From contig NZ_JMCB01000001.1 of NCBI RefSeq assembly GCF_000737315.1, positions 20,001 to 268,000 of the forward strand: a stretch of DNA of 248,000 nucleotides, read 5' to 3'. Under the pieces are notes generated by a model. The model was given only the letters and a program-made list of their open reading frames with translations, was not told where the DNA came from and made no database searches. This DNA is from Hyalangium minutum. GTDB taxonomy: Bacteria > Myxococcota > Myxococcia > Myxococcales > Myxococcaceae. A program made the translations under genes and the position numbers. Shown in pieces: positions 117,301 through 129,000 of this stretch. Within the stretch, counting starts at the first letter, position 1. Each line of letters begins with the position of its first letter.

Positions 117301-120043
117301 GGGGGCAGCCGTTGAGCTCGGCAAGCTCTGGGTCCAGGGTGCCTCGCTCCCCTGGTCAGCCCTGGGCCCGGCAGGGGCCCGTCGAGTCGTGTCCCTGCCG
117401 GGGTACCCCTTCGCCCGGGTACGCTGCTGGCCTCGACAGAAGAGCCCTGCCTTGCCCGTGAGCCCTTCCCCCACGCGCCCAGCCCCTCCACCCGTGCCCC
117501 CTGTGGCAGTGGCGCCTGTGGCCGTGACGCCTGCCGCGTCGCGGGAGGCTGAGCCATCTCCCATGCCCCCCTCGCTCGCCAGCCAGCGGCCCATCACCCG
117601 CTACGCCAGCGTACGAGAGGGGCTGCGTGAGTACCTGCGTGCCGTGCTCGCCCAGGTGCTCATGGTCCCGCTCGAGGAGATCGACGCGGAGACGCCCTTC
117701 CCGAACTACGGCGTCGACTCCCTGGTGGCGATGGACATCGTGAAGCTCCTGGAGCGGGACTTCGGCTCGCTCCAGCGCAGCCTGCTCTTCGAGCACGTCT
117801 CGATCGCGCCTCTGGCGGACTTCCTCGCCACGGAGCACCGCAAGCACAGCGAGGCGCTGTTCGGCCCCAACGCCCAGCACGCACCGCTGGCGCTGGTGGT
117901 CCAGGAGGACGAAGCGCCTCTGGAGGCTCCGCCCGACTCCCTCTCCGCGCCAGAGGCCTCCCCTGCTCCCCTCGCCGTGTCAGAGGCTCCCCCGACGGCG
118001 GCTCCGGTCTATGCCGCGGCGACCCCCGTGCCTCGGGCCCCGCAACCGGGTCCCGGCCCCATGGACATCGCCATCATCGGTGTGGGCGGCGTCTTCCCGG
118101 GCTCGCGGAGCCTGAAGGACTTCTGGCGCAACCTGGAGGAGTGCCGCGATCTCATCAGCGAGGTGCCCGCCGAGCGCTTCGACTGGCGGCCTCACTTCGG
118201 TGACGCCAAGCGCGAGGCCCACAAAAGCGTCACCCGGTGGGCCGGCTTTATCGACGGCGTGGACCGGTTCGACCCGCTCTTCTTCAACATCGCTCCGCGG
118301 GAAGCAGAGCTGATGGACCCCAAGCAGCGCATCTTCCTCGAGGTGGTCTGGCATACGCTCGAGGATGCGGGCTACCGGCCCTCGCAGTTCAAGAAGTCGC
118401 GGACGGGCGTCTACGTCGGGACGACCAGCATGGACTACTACCAGGTCCTGCACGACGCGAACCTCCACGACGACGCCTACGCTCCCTCGGGGCTGGCCCC
118501 GGCAGTGCTGGCCAACCGCGTCTCCTTCCTGCTGGGCCTCCACGGCCCCAGCGAGCCCGTTGACACCGCCTGCTCCAGCTCGCTCGTGGCGCTGCACAAC
118601 GCGGTGCGCGCCATCCAGTACGGGGACTGTGATCAGGCCATCGCCGGGGGCGTCAACGTGCTGCTCACCCCAGACCTCTTCGTCGCCTTCAGCCAAGCCG
118701 GGTTCATGTCACCGGATGGCCGCTGCAAGGCCTTCTCGCGCGAGGCCAACGGCTTCGTCCGGGGAGAGGGCGCGGGGGCCGTGCTGCTCAAGCCCCTGCA
118801 CCAAGCTGTCGCGGACGGCGATCACATCTATGCCGTCATCAAAGGCTCGGGTGTCAACCATGGGGGTGAGGTGCAGTCACTCACCGTTCCGAACCCCTGG
118901 GCCCAGGCGGAGCTCATCGCCTCGGTGCTCGAGCGAGCCGGAGTCGATCCCGAGACGGTGGGCTACATCGAGACTCACGGCACCGGCACCGCGCTGGGTG
119001 ATCCCCTGGAGATCAACGGGCTGAAGCGCGCCTTCTCGCAACTGCTGAACAAGCAGGGCCGCACGCCCTCCCGCACGGGCTTCTGTGCCCTGGGTGCGAT
119101 CAAGAGCAACATGGGCCACCTGGAGGCCGCCGCGGGCATCGCCGGCCTCATCAAGGCGCTGCTGTGCATGAAGTACCGGCGGCTGCCCGGCATCGTCCAC
119201 CTGCGCGAGCCCAATCCGGACATTGATCTGCGCAACAGCCCGTTCTACCTGCTGGACCAGACCCGGCCCTGGGAGCCGCTGCGCGACGCCGAAGGCAACC
119301 CCCTGCCGCTCCGAGCCGGAATCACCTCGCTGGGGTTCGGTGGCTCCAACGCGCACGTGGTGGTCGAGGAGTATGTCCCCCCGTCCGCCGAGCACCGCCG
119401 CGCGGCGACCCCCGCCGAGCCTCAGCTCTTCGTCCTATCTGCCCAGGCCGAGGATCGGCTGCGCGAGTCCGTCGAGCAGTTGCTCTCCCATCTCACGGAC
119501 GAGGGAATCCGGGATGAGGAGCTGGCCGACGTCGCCTGGACCCTGCAGGTGGGCCGGGACGCCCTGCCCGCCCGGCTTGCCGTGGTGGCCACCCGCGCCG
119601 AGGAGCTGAAGGCCCGGCTGCGCGACTGGCTGGACGGACGCGCGGACACGCAGCACGTGCTCTCCGCGACCGTCGCCGTGAGGCGCGGGGGCAAGAAGGG
119701 CTCCACCCCGGGCAATGGCGCGGCGGCCGGCCTGGAGACGGCCCTCGCGGCCCGGGATCTGCCCGGGCTCGCCCAGCTGTGGATCTCCGGTGTGGAGCTC
119801 CCGTGGGCGTCGCTCCACCCGGCCGGTGCACGGCGGCGGGTCGCGCTGCCGGGCTACCCCTTCGCCCGCGAGCGCTACTGGGTGGAGCCGGCGCCCGCGC
119901 CCCTCCGCCTCGTTCCCCAGCCCCAAGCCGTGACCCGCCCGGAGCAGCAGCCGGATCAGAAAGTAGAGCTCCGAGAGCTGCTGCGGCAGCTCAAGCACCG
120001 GGAGCGGTCTGTCGATGAGGTCGCAAACCTGCTGAGGGGCTGA
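111329..120043 (+). CDS. trans-AT PKS 3: ACP, KS6-KR-ACP, KS7-ACP, KS8
   Basis: three intact KS triads; GLGS/GFES/GVDS ACP motifs. Confidence 0.92.
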   Translation: MTERIVSTNSTLQAYTREILEKFVRKELSREEALVLLRSPARPAAEPAAPAVPEEPSLAEATTRYLARQLEELGKAAAPERNFMELGLGSADLLELNTRLERDLRIDLVPTVFFDHSSVGRLADYLARTFPEQLAHALRESPSEVPSAPAPSPAPTPTPTPAPLPTATPLAHTAPSKQPRNEPSGAPGTRTGDIAIIGMAGLFPQSPDLDTFWKNLAAAKDLVEEVPRERWDVAAWYDPTQTQPNRISCKWGSFVPDVDKFDPLFFHISPREAEVMDPQVRLLLQVLYSTAEDAGCVSALRGSHTGMFVGACFRDYDDEMLRRGLPVGPHDGTGNAATMLANRPSFFFDLKGPSLTVDTACSSSLVALHLACQALRRGECDMAFAAGVNLILSPRHYLHFSAMKALSPTGHCHAFDSTADGYVPGEAVAAVLLKPLEQALRDGDPIHAVIKGTSVNHGGYTNSITAPSPAMQAELLLEAWKDAGIDPETLSYIEAHGTGTRLGDPIEVEGLKLAFARHTTKQRFCALGSAKAHLGHTEAAAGLTGLVKVVLSMNRGLIPSMPGFRELNPFIKLEGSPLYINEKPKAWLTPVGAPRRAGVSSFGFGGANAHVVLEEYVQPRPEAASETTGMPLLFPFSARDEVRLRELVERFESFLSRDAGPSLAEVAYTLQTGRATLASRLAIIASSHADLLTALKDFQARREVPLPGLVRVREDGSVLLQAEAAPGEAGLAELAGRWLRGEAVTWPAPASESLRRVSLPTSTFARERYWFEATPGVTGVEPAPAQPQLPPAGAELTWFKPEWFPSALSAPSEVPATAGAVLVFDPDGSFTQQVEAQDRLRGSARAVVRIQPGAEFRRVGPRHYELQPEHAADYERLLDALANDGLRLAGILFFWGKRSRFESPDALLEGLDDALGQGLYPLVRLIQALLPRRKDERIQLLYVYRSGGEEVIAHHEALSGLARAVTAAAPWLNFRLLGMDASGTTPELRVERVLAELHASEAATQVEVRYRNGERHVRGVRPVPAHEAAAAMGPAFRQGGIYLITGGLGGVGYELAKYLAGKYRARLVLTGRSPLEDELRRKLSHLEGLGSDAVYVQADVVSRKDVDHCLAYVKARYSGLHGIIHCAGLLKEATLADKRQEDFGTTLAPKVQGTLVLDQATRAAPLELFVVLSSVSTVIGTSLAADYATANRFLDSFAALRESLRQRGQRQGQTLSICYPYWRDGGMRMSPEKEALVLQATGMEPLSSAQGIQALETALALGHQQGLPQILTAFGELEKMQRALQAAPPPPAAAAATPPARPATPPDASQSAALEARLTTELVELAVKTLRLQGTVNPRSELSGYGFESITILEFTQALNARYGTALSPALFYEHRTIEGYVRFLLSKHAATLLGTLPEHAPAPTPGVATSPVPSSGPREEQSAETRQDEAIAVVGMAGVFPGSPDLETFWSNIQAGRDLVGEIPRERFRWEDFHGDGVPEERRITSPRGGFIQDVDCFDPLLFNLSPLEAELMDPQQRIFLEMVWRTLEDAGYRPEELSRRKTGVFVGVSNVDYRDVLAGAGRMSEVYITTGLSTSLIPNRVSYLFDWSGPSEPVDTGCSSSLVALHRAMAALRAGDCDAAVVGGINLLLSPTPFIACSRAGMLSPDGRCMTFDKRANGYVRGEGAGALLLKPLSRALADGDRIHAVIRGTAINHGGHAQGLTVPNPTAQSQVLISVYEKAGVDPATLGFIEAHGTGTSLGDPIEVNGLRKLFQHFHGDTSPAGARCGLGTVKSNIGHLESAAGIAGVIKVILSLKHRTLPASLHCQELNPFIDLSGSPLYIVRETQPWEAREDAQGQRLPRRAGVSSFGFGGVNAHALLEEYVEAPTSPAQETPRLMGGQELIVLSARNAERLTESARRLATFLQRAEASAPPLADIARTLREGRREMEHRLAIIASSVGELRARLEDFLAGQKHAALLTGKASSESPSLQLMEESEEGRAFIASLVRKGAAVELGKLWVQGASLPWSALGPAGARRVVSLPGYPFARVRCWPRQKSPALPVSPSPTRPAPPPVPPVAVAPVAVTPAASREAEPSPMPPSLASQRPITRYASVREGLREYLRAVLAQVLMVPLEEIDAETPFPNYGVDSLVAMDIVKLLERDFGSLQRSLLFEHVSIAPLADFLATEHRKHSEALFGPNAQHAPLALVVQEDEAPLEAPPDSLSAPEASPAPLAVSEAPPTAAPVYAAATPVPRAPQPGPGPMDIAIIGVGGVFPGSRSLKDFWRNLEECRDLISEVPAERFDWRPHFGDAKREAHKSVTRWAGFIDGVDRFDPLFFNIAPREAELMDPKQRIFLEVVWHTLEDAGYRPSQFKKSRTGVYVGTTSMDYYQVLHDANLHDDAYAPSGLAPAVLANRVSFLLGLHGPSEPVDTACSSSLVALHNAVRAIQYGDCDQAIAGGVNVLLTPDLFVAFSQAGFMSPDGRCKAFSREANGFVRGEGAGAVLLKPLHQAVADGDHIYAVIKGSGVNHGGEVQSLTVPNPWAQAELIASVLERAGVDPETVGYIETHGTGTALGDPLEINGLKRAFSQLLNKQGRTPSRTGFCALGAIKSNMGHLEAAAGIAGLIKALLCMKYRRLPGIVHLREPNPDIDLRNSPFYLLDQTRPWEPLRDAEGNPLPLRAGITSLGFGGSNAHVVVEEYVPPSAEHRRAATPAEPQLFVLSAQAEDRLRESVEQLLSHLTDEGIRDEELADVAWTLQVGRDALPARLAVVATRAEELKARLRDWLDGRADTQHVLSATVAVRRGGKKGSTPGNGAAAGLETALAARDLPGLAQLWISGVELPWASLHPAGARRRVALPGYPFARERYWVEPAPAPLRLVPQPQAVTRPEQQPDQKVELRELLRQLKHRERSVDEVANLLRG

Positions 120044-120083
120044 TCACGCCCCCGAACCGCCGCATGGCCCTGGAAGAGACCGG

Positions 120084-123000
120084 ATGAAGCTCGACAAGAG
120101 ACAGATCCTCCAGCAAGTGGAGAGCGGCGACCTGGAGATCGACCAGGCCGTGGAGCTGCTCGCACGCCTGGGCATCGCCCCCAAGGCCGCGCCGGCCGAG
120201 CCGCTCGGACACGTCTACTACGAGTCGCGCTGGGAGCCGGCCCCGGCTCCAGCGGAGCGCCTCGCGCCGGGGCAGCGGGTGCTGCTCGTCGGAGAGCGCG
120301 AAGCCGCCATGGACGCGCTCCGGGCGGCGCTCACCGGACACGAGGTCGTCTCCGTCCTCCCGGGGACGGGCTTCCGGAGGCTCGCGGCCGATCAATATGA
120401 GGTGGACCTGGGCAGCGAAGAGCACGGCGCAAGGCTCCTGGCCGAGCTCGCCGGGGCCGGGTTCTTCCCCACGCAGGTACTGCACCTGTGGCGAGGTGGC
120501 CCCGACGCGTCGCTGGAAGAGGCCAGCGACGCGCGAGCGTTGGAGACGGGCGTCCACGCGGCGTTCACGCTGGTGAAGGCGCTGCTCGCGCAGGCCCCCA
120601 AGCAGGAGCTCACCCTGCTGTCCGCGTGTCTGGGTCCCGGAGGCGCGCCCGCGTGCGCCGCCGTGGCGGGCTTCCTGGCCGTGGCGGAGCAGGAGAACCC
120701 GAAGCTTCGGGGCAAAACGGTCCACATGCGGGAGCCCTCCCCCACCGTGGCCGCGGAGCTCCTTCTGGCAGAGCTGCCGAGCCTGTCCGAGGCCGAGGTC
120801 CGCTACGACGCGAACGGCCGCCAGGCACGCCGCCTTGCCGAGCTGACGATCCCCGACGTGGAGACGCCCGGCCCGCTGCGGCAGGGCGGCGTGTACCTGA
120901 TCACCGGAGGCGCGGGTGGGCTCGGGTTGCTGTTCGCCCGGCACCTGGTGGCCACGGCGGGCGCCCGGCTCATCCTCACGGGGCGCAGCCAGCGACCTTC
121001 CGCGCAGCAAGAGCAGCTCTTCCGAGAGCTGGAGACGCTCGGAGGCCAGGTGGTGTACTGCCCGGCGGACGTCACCGTGCTGGCGGACATGGAGCGGGCC
121101 GTGCGGCTCGCCCGGGAGCGTTTCGGGAGGCTCGACGGGGTTCTCCACGCAGCGGGCGTCCTCGAGGACGCCTTCCTCGTCCGCAAGTCGTGGGACTCCT
121201 TCCAGCGGGTCCTGGCCCCCAAGACCCATGGCGTCCTCGCGCTCGATCACGCCACGCGAGAGGAGGCGCTTGATTTCTTCGCGCTCTTCTCTTCCACGGC
121301 GACGGTGCTGGGCCGTGCCGGCCAGGCGGACTACGCTGCGGCCAACCATTTCATGGACGAGTTCGCCGCCGCGCGAAACGCCCAGGTGGCCGAGGGCCGT
121401 AGGACGGGCCATACCGTGAGCATCGCCTGGCCGCTGTGGCAGGGCGGCGGGATGAACATCTCGGAGGCCGACCGGGAGACGATGGAGCGCATCACGGGCA
121501 TGACCGTGATGGGTGCGGAGGAGGGCTTCACGGCGTTCACCCACGCCCTGCGCAGTGGCCGCTCCCTGGTCGCTGTCCTCTACGGGCGCGGAGCCCGCAT
121601 CCGCGACTTCATCGAGCGCCGAGGCTCACGCAAGCCCGCGCCGGCTGCTCCCGCGCCTCGGGCGGGTGCCCCGCGGGACCGGGCGGAGCTGGCACGCGGC
121701 GCGGAGGAGTACCTGCTGGAGCTCATCTCGCGAGAGACGCGCCTGCCGCGCCAGCGCATCGACGTGAAGCAGGGCCTGGATGCGATCGGCCTGGACTCGA
121801 TGCTGATCAACCGGCTGAACGTGCTCCTGGAGGACCCTTTCGGTTCCCTCTCCAAGACGCTGTTCTTCGAGTACCAGAGCATCCGTGAGCTGGCGGGCTA
121901 CTTCTCCGAGCACCACACCGAGGCGCTCGCCGCGCTCCTCTCCCCCGCGTCCTCCTCCGAGGCCCCGCCTGCGGCGGAGGAGCCCACCCAGAGCCCCGAG
122001 CGATCCCCTGCCCCTGCTCCCGTGCAACAGGCCCCGGCGGCCCCGGTCACCGGGGACATCGCCATCGTCGGGCTCAGCGGCAGGTATCCGGACGCCGAGG
122101 ACCTGCAGGAGTTCTGGGAGAACCTGGCCCAGGGGCGCAACAGCGTGGGCCAGGTCCCGCGGGAGCGCTGGGATCTGTCGCGCTATCCGGGCCTGGAGCT
122201 GAACACCCGGGAGCGGCAGGGCCTCCAGTGGGGCTCCTTCCTGCGCGAGGTGGACACGTTCGACCCGCTGTTCTTCAACATCGCGCCCAGGGACGCGGAG
122301 GTGATGGATCCGCAGGAGCGCCTCTTCCTGGAGACGGCCTGGTCGGCGCTGGAGGATGCGGGCTACTCGCGGCCGGAGCTCCAGCGCACGAGCCGCGAGG
122401 GAGACGAGAGCGCGGTAGGCGTCTTCGTCGGCGTCACCTTCGGCCAGTACCAATCCATTGGCGTGGAGGAGTGGGGACACGGCAACTACATCAGCCCGGG
122501 CTCTTCCTTCTGGTCCATCGCCAACCGGCTCTCCTACGTGTTGAACGTGAACGGGCCGAGCATGCCCGTGGACACCGCGTGCTCCGCCTCGCTCACGGCG
122601 GTGCACATGGCCTGCGAGAGCCTGCGCCGGGGCGATTGCCGGGTCGCCGTCGCGGGTGGAGTGAACCTGAACATCCACCCGGCCAAGTACGTGGCCCTGG
122701 CGCGGCTCAAGTTCCTCTCCACCGAGGGCAAGTGCCGCGCCTTTGGCGATGGAGGAGATGGGTACGTGCCCGGTGAGGGCGTGGGCGCCGTGGTGCTCAA
122801 GCCGCTCGCCCAGGCGGAGGCAGATGGGGACCACATCTACGCCGTCATCAAGGGCAGCACCATCAACCACGGGGGCAAGACGAATGGCTATACCGTCCCC
122901 AACCCCAAGGCCCAGGCCAGCCTCGTCTCTCGCGCGCTGCGCACCGCGGGGGTCAACGCGCGCACCGTGGGCTACGTGGAGGCCCACGGCACGGGCACGT

Positions 123001-126000
123001 CGCTGGGTGACCCGATCGAGATCACCGGCCTCAACAAGGCGTTCCGGGAGCACACGCAGGACCGGCAGTTCTGCGCCATCGGCTCGGTGAAGACCAACGT
123101 GGGGCACCTGGAGTCCGCCGCGGGCATCGCCTCGCTCACCAAGGTGCTGCTGCAGCTGCGGCACCAGCAGCTCGCACCCTCGCTGCATGCGGAGACGCTC
123201 AACCGGAATATCGACTTCGGCAGCTCGCCGTTCTTCGTGCAGCGGGAGCTGGCGCCCTGGCCAAGCCCGGCCGTGACGGGGCCCGATGGAAGGGTGCGGA
123301 CCCTGCCCCGCCGCGCGGCGATCAGCTCCTTCGGGGCGGGCGGCGCGAACGCGCACCTCATCCTCGAGGAGTACGTGGCGCCTCGCGCGGAGCGCCCCCA
123401 GGCCTTGGGGCCCGAGCTGGTGCTGCTGTCAGCGAAGAACACCGGGCGCCTGCGGGCCTACGCGAGCCGGCTGAAGCAGCACCTGCGGCGCCTCCAGTCC
123501 TCGGCCGGGGCCATGCCCCCGCTGGGAGACCTTGCCTACACGCTCCAGGTGGGCCGAGAGGCGCTCGAGGAGCGTCTGGCGCTGGTGGTCGGCAGCGTGG
123601 ACGAGCTGGTAGTCCGGCTGGAGGAGTTCGAGCAGGGCCAGCTCCACGGAGCTCAGGCGTACCTCGGCCGCGTGCCGGAGGAGCGCACCGCCGCCGCGGA
123701 GGTGGAGCTGCCCCGCGCCCAGGAGCTCATCCGCCGCAGGGACTGGGCCACGCTGGCCCGGCTGTGGGTGGAAGGCCACTCCGTCCCCTGGGGCGAGGTG
123801 TACCTCGGCCAGGGCCGCCGCGTGTCGCTGCCCACCTACCCCTTCGAGCGGAAGCGCTTCTGGGTGCCGCTGAGTCACCCCAGCGCCAAGGCTCCCCAGG
123901 CCGCTGCCGCGCTGCACCCGCTGCTCGACCGGGCCGTACCGAGCCTGAACGGGACCGTCTTCGAGAAGCGCTTCCGGCGCGACGAGCCCCTGCTGCGGGA
124001 TCACCATGTCCGGGGCAAGCCCGTGGTAGCGGGCGTGGTCCAACTGGAGATGGTACGTGCGGCCGTAGCGGCGGCCGGCGCTGGGGCCCTGTCCTCCCTG
124101 AACGACGTGGTGTGGCTCTCCACCGTGGAAGTGTCCACGGACTCGACCCTGGTGCAGCTCGCCTTGACACCTCGGGAGGATGGTTTCTCCTACGAGGTGA
124201 GCATCCCGGGCACCGCCAGCACCTGCTCCCGGGGCCGCGTACGGTTCCAGGACACAGAGCCCTCGGGCACGCCACCCCGGGTGGATCTCCAGGCGCTTCA
124301 GGCGAGGTGCCAGCAGCGCATCGGCAAGGCAGCGCTGTACGAAGGCTTCCGCGCGGTCGGCCTGGAATACGGGCCTTCCTTCCAGTGCGTGGAGGAGCTC
124401 TGGGTGCACGGCCGTGAGGTCGTCGGGGAGCTGCGCCTGGGAGCCCAGGCCGCGCCAGAGCTCGAACACTTCGCGCTGCACCCCTCGCTGGTGGATGCGG
124501 CGCTGCATACGCTCCAGGGACTGACTGCGGGGGAGTCCAGCAACGGCGAGCCGCAGACCCTGATCCCCTTCTCGGTGGCCGAGGTGCGGGTGTATGGCCG
124601 GCTGCCAGCGCGGTGCTTCGCGTATGCGCAGCTGCGCGAGAACAACCGGGAGAGCGGCGTGGCCCGGTTCAACATGGCCATCCTCGACGAGTCCGGCCAG
124701 TGCCTCGTGCTGTTCAAGGACTTCGCTGCACGGCGGCTCCGCGTAGCGCACGGGCCTGCCGCAGCGCCCATCCACGAGGCAGCCCCCCTTCCAGCGTCCG
124801 TCCCCAGCTCGGGCTTCTTCTACCAGCCGCTCTGGAAGGAGCAGCCGCTGCCCGCCGTCGAGGCCCCCTCGAAGCCCGAGGGTGGCACGGTGCTCATCTT
124901 CACCCACCCGCAGGACTGCGGGCTGGGTGCCCGGCTTGCGGCGCAGTACGGCGAGCACCGGGCCGTCCTCGTCAGCCTGGAGGACGCATGGAACGCCGAG
125001 AGCCCTGGGCTCTTGCGCATCAACCACCGTGACGCGAATCACTACTCGCACGTGCTCGCGCAGCTGCGAGAGCCGTCGGCCATCTACTTCCTCGGTGGCA
125101 TGCAGTCCAAGCGCTATAGCGCCAATGACGTGCAGCACCTGGCGCGCATGGAGGAGCGGGGTGTGGTCTCCCTGCTGCGGCTGGCCCGCGGCCTCGCGGC
125201 GCACCCTCCCGGCGCCATCCCGCTGAAGGTCGTCACCAACGACGTGTACCGCGTGCGCGAACGGGACGCCGCGTTCAACCCCTTCGCCAGCGCACTCGTT
125301 GGTTTCACCAAGGTCCTCTCTCGCGAGTTCCGCCAGCTCCAGGTGAGCTGCATCGACGTGGCGAAGGCCGAGCTCGACGCCGGTGAGGACACCGCAGCCG
125401 CAGTGCTGCGCGGTCTGCTAGCGGAGCCGGGCCTTAGCGCCGCCCTCCAGAGCGCGCTAAGGGAGGGCCGGCGCTTCGTCCAGCACCTCCATGCGGTGGA
125501 GCTGCCCGAGACAGCGCCGCAGGCGCTGTCCTTCGTGGACCGCGGCGTGTACCTCATCCTCGGAGGGGCGGGCGGCCTGGGGCTCGTTGTCGCTGAGCAC
125601 CTGGCCCGGCGGTGCAGGGCCCGGCTGGTGCTGGTCGGGCGCAGCCCGCTGCGCGAGGAGACCCGCCGCCGCATGCAGGCCATCGAAGCCGCAGGGGGTG
125701 AGGCGCTCTACCTCCAGGCAGATCTGTGCGACGTGGCGGCCATGCGGAACGTGGTCCTCCAGACACGCGCTCGCTTCGGCCCCATCTCCGGCGTCATCCA
125801 CTCGGCCATCGTCCTCCAGGACGGCGTCATCGGGCGCATGACGGAGGAGCAGCTGCGCGCGGCGCTGGCCCCGAAGGCACGCGGACTGGTCGTCCTGCAC
125901 CACGTGCTGGAAGCCGAGCCGCTCGACTTCATCGCCTGCTTCTCCTCGGCGCTCTCCTTCACGAGCGCGCCGGGCCAGGCCAACTACGCCGCGGCCTCCA

Positions 126001-129000
126001 CCTTCGAGGACTGCTTCGCCCTGTACCTCGAGCACCGGATGCAGCGCCCGGTGCGTGTCTTCAACTGGGGCTTCTGGGGCGACATCGGCATCGTCGCCAC
126101 GGACACCTACCGCGAGCGCATGGCCCGCCGCGGCATCGAAGCCCTCACCCGCGAAGAAGGCCTGCTCGCCTTCGACCGCGTCATGGCCGGCCGCGCCACT
126201 CAGATCTCTCCCATCAAGCTCCATCCGGAGCTCCTGGAGTCCTTCCACATGGACGCAACCCAGCTTCGGGCCCCCTACCCCGAGACTTTCCCCTCGGTGA
126301 TGACGCCCGTGACCACCCGGCTCGACGGCTTCATCCAGCAGGGCCCGGACATCCCCGGCAACGCGGAGCTGCTGCCGCTGGAGCAGCACGGACGGCTGCT
126401 GCTCCTCCAGGCCTTCCAGGAGATGGGCGCGCTGAGGAACCCTGGCGAGCGCCACACCCTCGGCGAGCTCCGGGAGCGGCTGCGCATCCTGCCCGCTTAT
126501 TCGCGGCTCTACGACGCGATGCTGGACATCCTCTCCAAGGGCGGCTTCGTGCGGCTGGCGGGAGACTCGCTCGAGGCGACGCCCGAGGTTCGCTCCTCGC
126601 ACGCGACGCCGCAAGGCATCCGGGCTCACCGCGAGTCCATGCTGGCGCGGCTGCCAGACGGGCGTGCCTTCCTGGAGCTGGTGGAGGCGTGTGTCGGCTC
126701 CTTGCCCGACGTGCTCACCGGCCGGAAGTCCCACATGGAGGTGATGTTCCCCGGCGGCTCCAAGACGCTCGTGGAGAACGTCTACAAGGGCAACCGGCGC
126801 TCGGACTACTTCAACGATCTGGTCGTCCAGAGCGTGCTGGCGGTGCTGGAAAAGCGCCTGGGAGACTCGCGGCAGGAGAAGATCGCCCTGCTGGAGATCG
126901 GCGCGGGGACGGGCGGCACGAGCGGCCGCGTGTTCGAAGCCATCCAGGCTCACGGCTCGCGCCTGACGTACGACTACACGGACATCTCCAAGAGCTTCGC
127001 GACGCACGGCCAGCGAACCTTCGGCCGCCGCTTCCCCTTCGCATCCTTCAAGGTGCTGGATGTGGAGAAGGACGTCATCGCGCAGGGCTTCAAACCTGGC
127101 GCCTATGATCTCATCCTGGCCACCAACGTTCTGCACGCCACGCGGAACATGACCCACACGCTGCGCCAAGCCAAGGCGCTGCTGAAGACGAACGGCGTGC
127201 TCGTCATCAACGAAGTCACGGTGGTCCAAGACTTCACCACGCTGACGTTCGGACTGACGAGCGGGTGGTGGCTGTTCGAGGATGCGAACCTGCGGCTGCC
127301 GCACTCGCCGCTGCTGGGGCTCAAGGAGTGGCGCTCGGCGCTGGAGAGCCAGGGCTTCCGCCGCGTCATGGGCTTCGGCCTGCCTCGGGGGCGCCCGGAG
127401 GTGGACGGGCAAAACGTCATTCTCTCGGAGAGCGATGGCTGGCTCGACACCTCGCGCAAGCAAGCCCCGTCCGCCCCCGAGCCGCGAGCCGCGAGCTCCA
127501 TGTTGAGCAGCACGGCGCAGCGCTGGACTCCCCCCGCCGCGCCGCAGCCGAGCGCTCCCGCCGCGGCCCAGCTGCCGCCCGCGCCCCCGGCGCGGACCGA
127601 GCCGCAGAAGCACGCGATACCGCCGCCGCCAGCGGCCGAAGCCATCCGGTACCGCCCCCCGGAGGAGCCCCTCGAGCACCGCGTGGTGGCTCCTCCGCCC
127701 GCCCCTGTGCCCGCCCGGGTGGTGGCCTCCTCACCCGTCCCGGCCGACCGGGACGAAGCCCTGCGCGAACACACCCTCACGCTCCTGCGAAGCACCCTCG
127801 CCCAGGTGTTGAAGATGGAGGCCGCGGAGCTGGAGCCGGGCGCCACCTTCGAGTCCTACGGCGTGGACTCGCTGGTGGGCATGGACTTCCTGGACAAGCT
127901 GGAGGGCGACTTCCCCAGCCTGCCCAAGACGCTGCTCTTCGAGCACATCACGCTCGATCAGCTCACCGCCCATTTCCTGCGGACCTTCCCAGAGGTGCTG
128001 CGGCGCAAGTTCGGCGGCAGCCTCGCGGCAGTGCCTCGGTCCCCACTCGCGGCGGAGCGCGCCCCCGCTGCCACGGAGCCCTCCGCGGCGTCCCGGCCCA
128101 CCGAGTCCGGTCGCGCCGCAGCCACGCTCATGGATGCGGCCTCCTTGTTCGGGGAGCCGCCGCCGGCTCCTGCCCAAACCGGAGTCCGTGAAGAGCGCAC
128201 CCCGGCCTCCACGCGCGTGGAGGGCATCGCCATCATCGGCATGAGCGGCCGCTACCCGCAGGCCGAGGATACACGCGCCTTCTGGGAGAACCTGCGTCAG
128301 GGCCGCTCCGCCTTCTCCGAGGTGCCGCCAGAGCGGTGGAGCCACAGCGCCTACCACGACGACACGGGAGAGCGCCCAGGCACCACGTACCACCGGTGGG
128401 GCGCGTTCATCGGGGACGTGGACAAGTTCGATCCGCTCTTCTTCGGCATCGCCCCGCGCGAGGCGCAGCTCATGGATCCTCAGGAGCGGCTCTTCCTGGA
128501 GACAGCCTGGGCCACGCTGGAGGACGCGGGCTGGACGAGCGCGCGGCTCAACCGCTCCGCGCACGCGGACGGGGGACAAGGCGTGGGCGTCTTCGTGGGG
128601 GTGATGTACGGGCCCTACCAGCTGCTCGCGGCCGAGGAGTGGGCACGCGGCAACCGGGTGGACGCCCAGTCCGCCTACTGGTCCATCCCCAACCGGGTCT
128701 CCTACGCCTTCGACTTCCGAGGGCCGAGCCTCGCGGTGGACACGGCATGCTCCTCGTCGCTCACCGCCATCCACCTGGCCTGCGAGAGCCTCCGCCGAGG
128801 CGAGTGCCGGGCCGCACTCGTGGGTGGCGTCAACCTCATCCTCCACCCCAGCCACCACGTGGGGTTGGGGAAGATGTCCATGCTCTCGCGAGACGGGAGC
128901 TGCCGAGCCTTTGGTGAGGGCGCCAGCGGCTTCGTGGCGGGTGAGGGCGTGGGCGCCGTGCTGCTCAAGCCCCTGGCCGACGCCATCCGCGACGGGGACC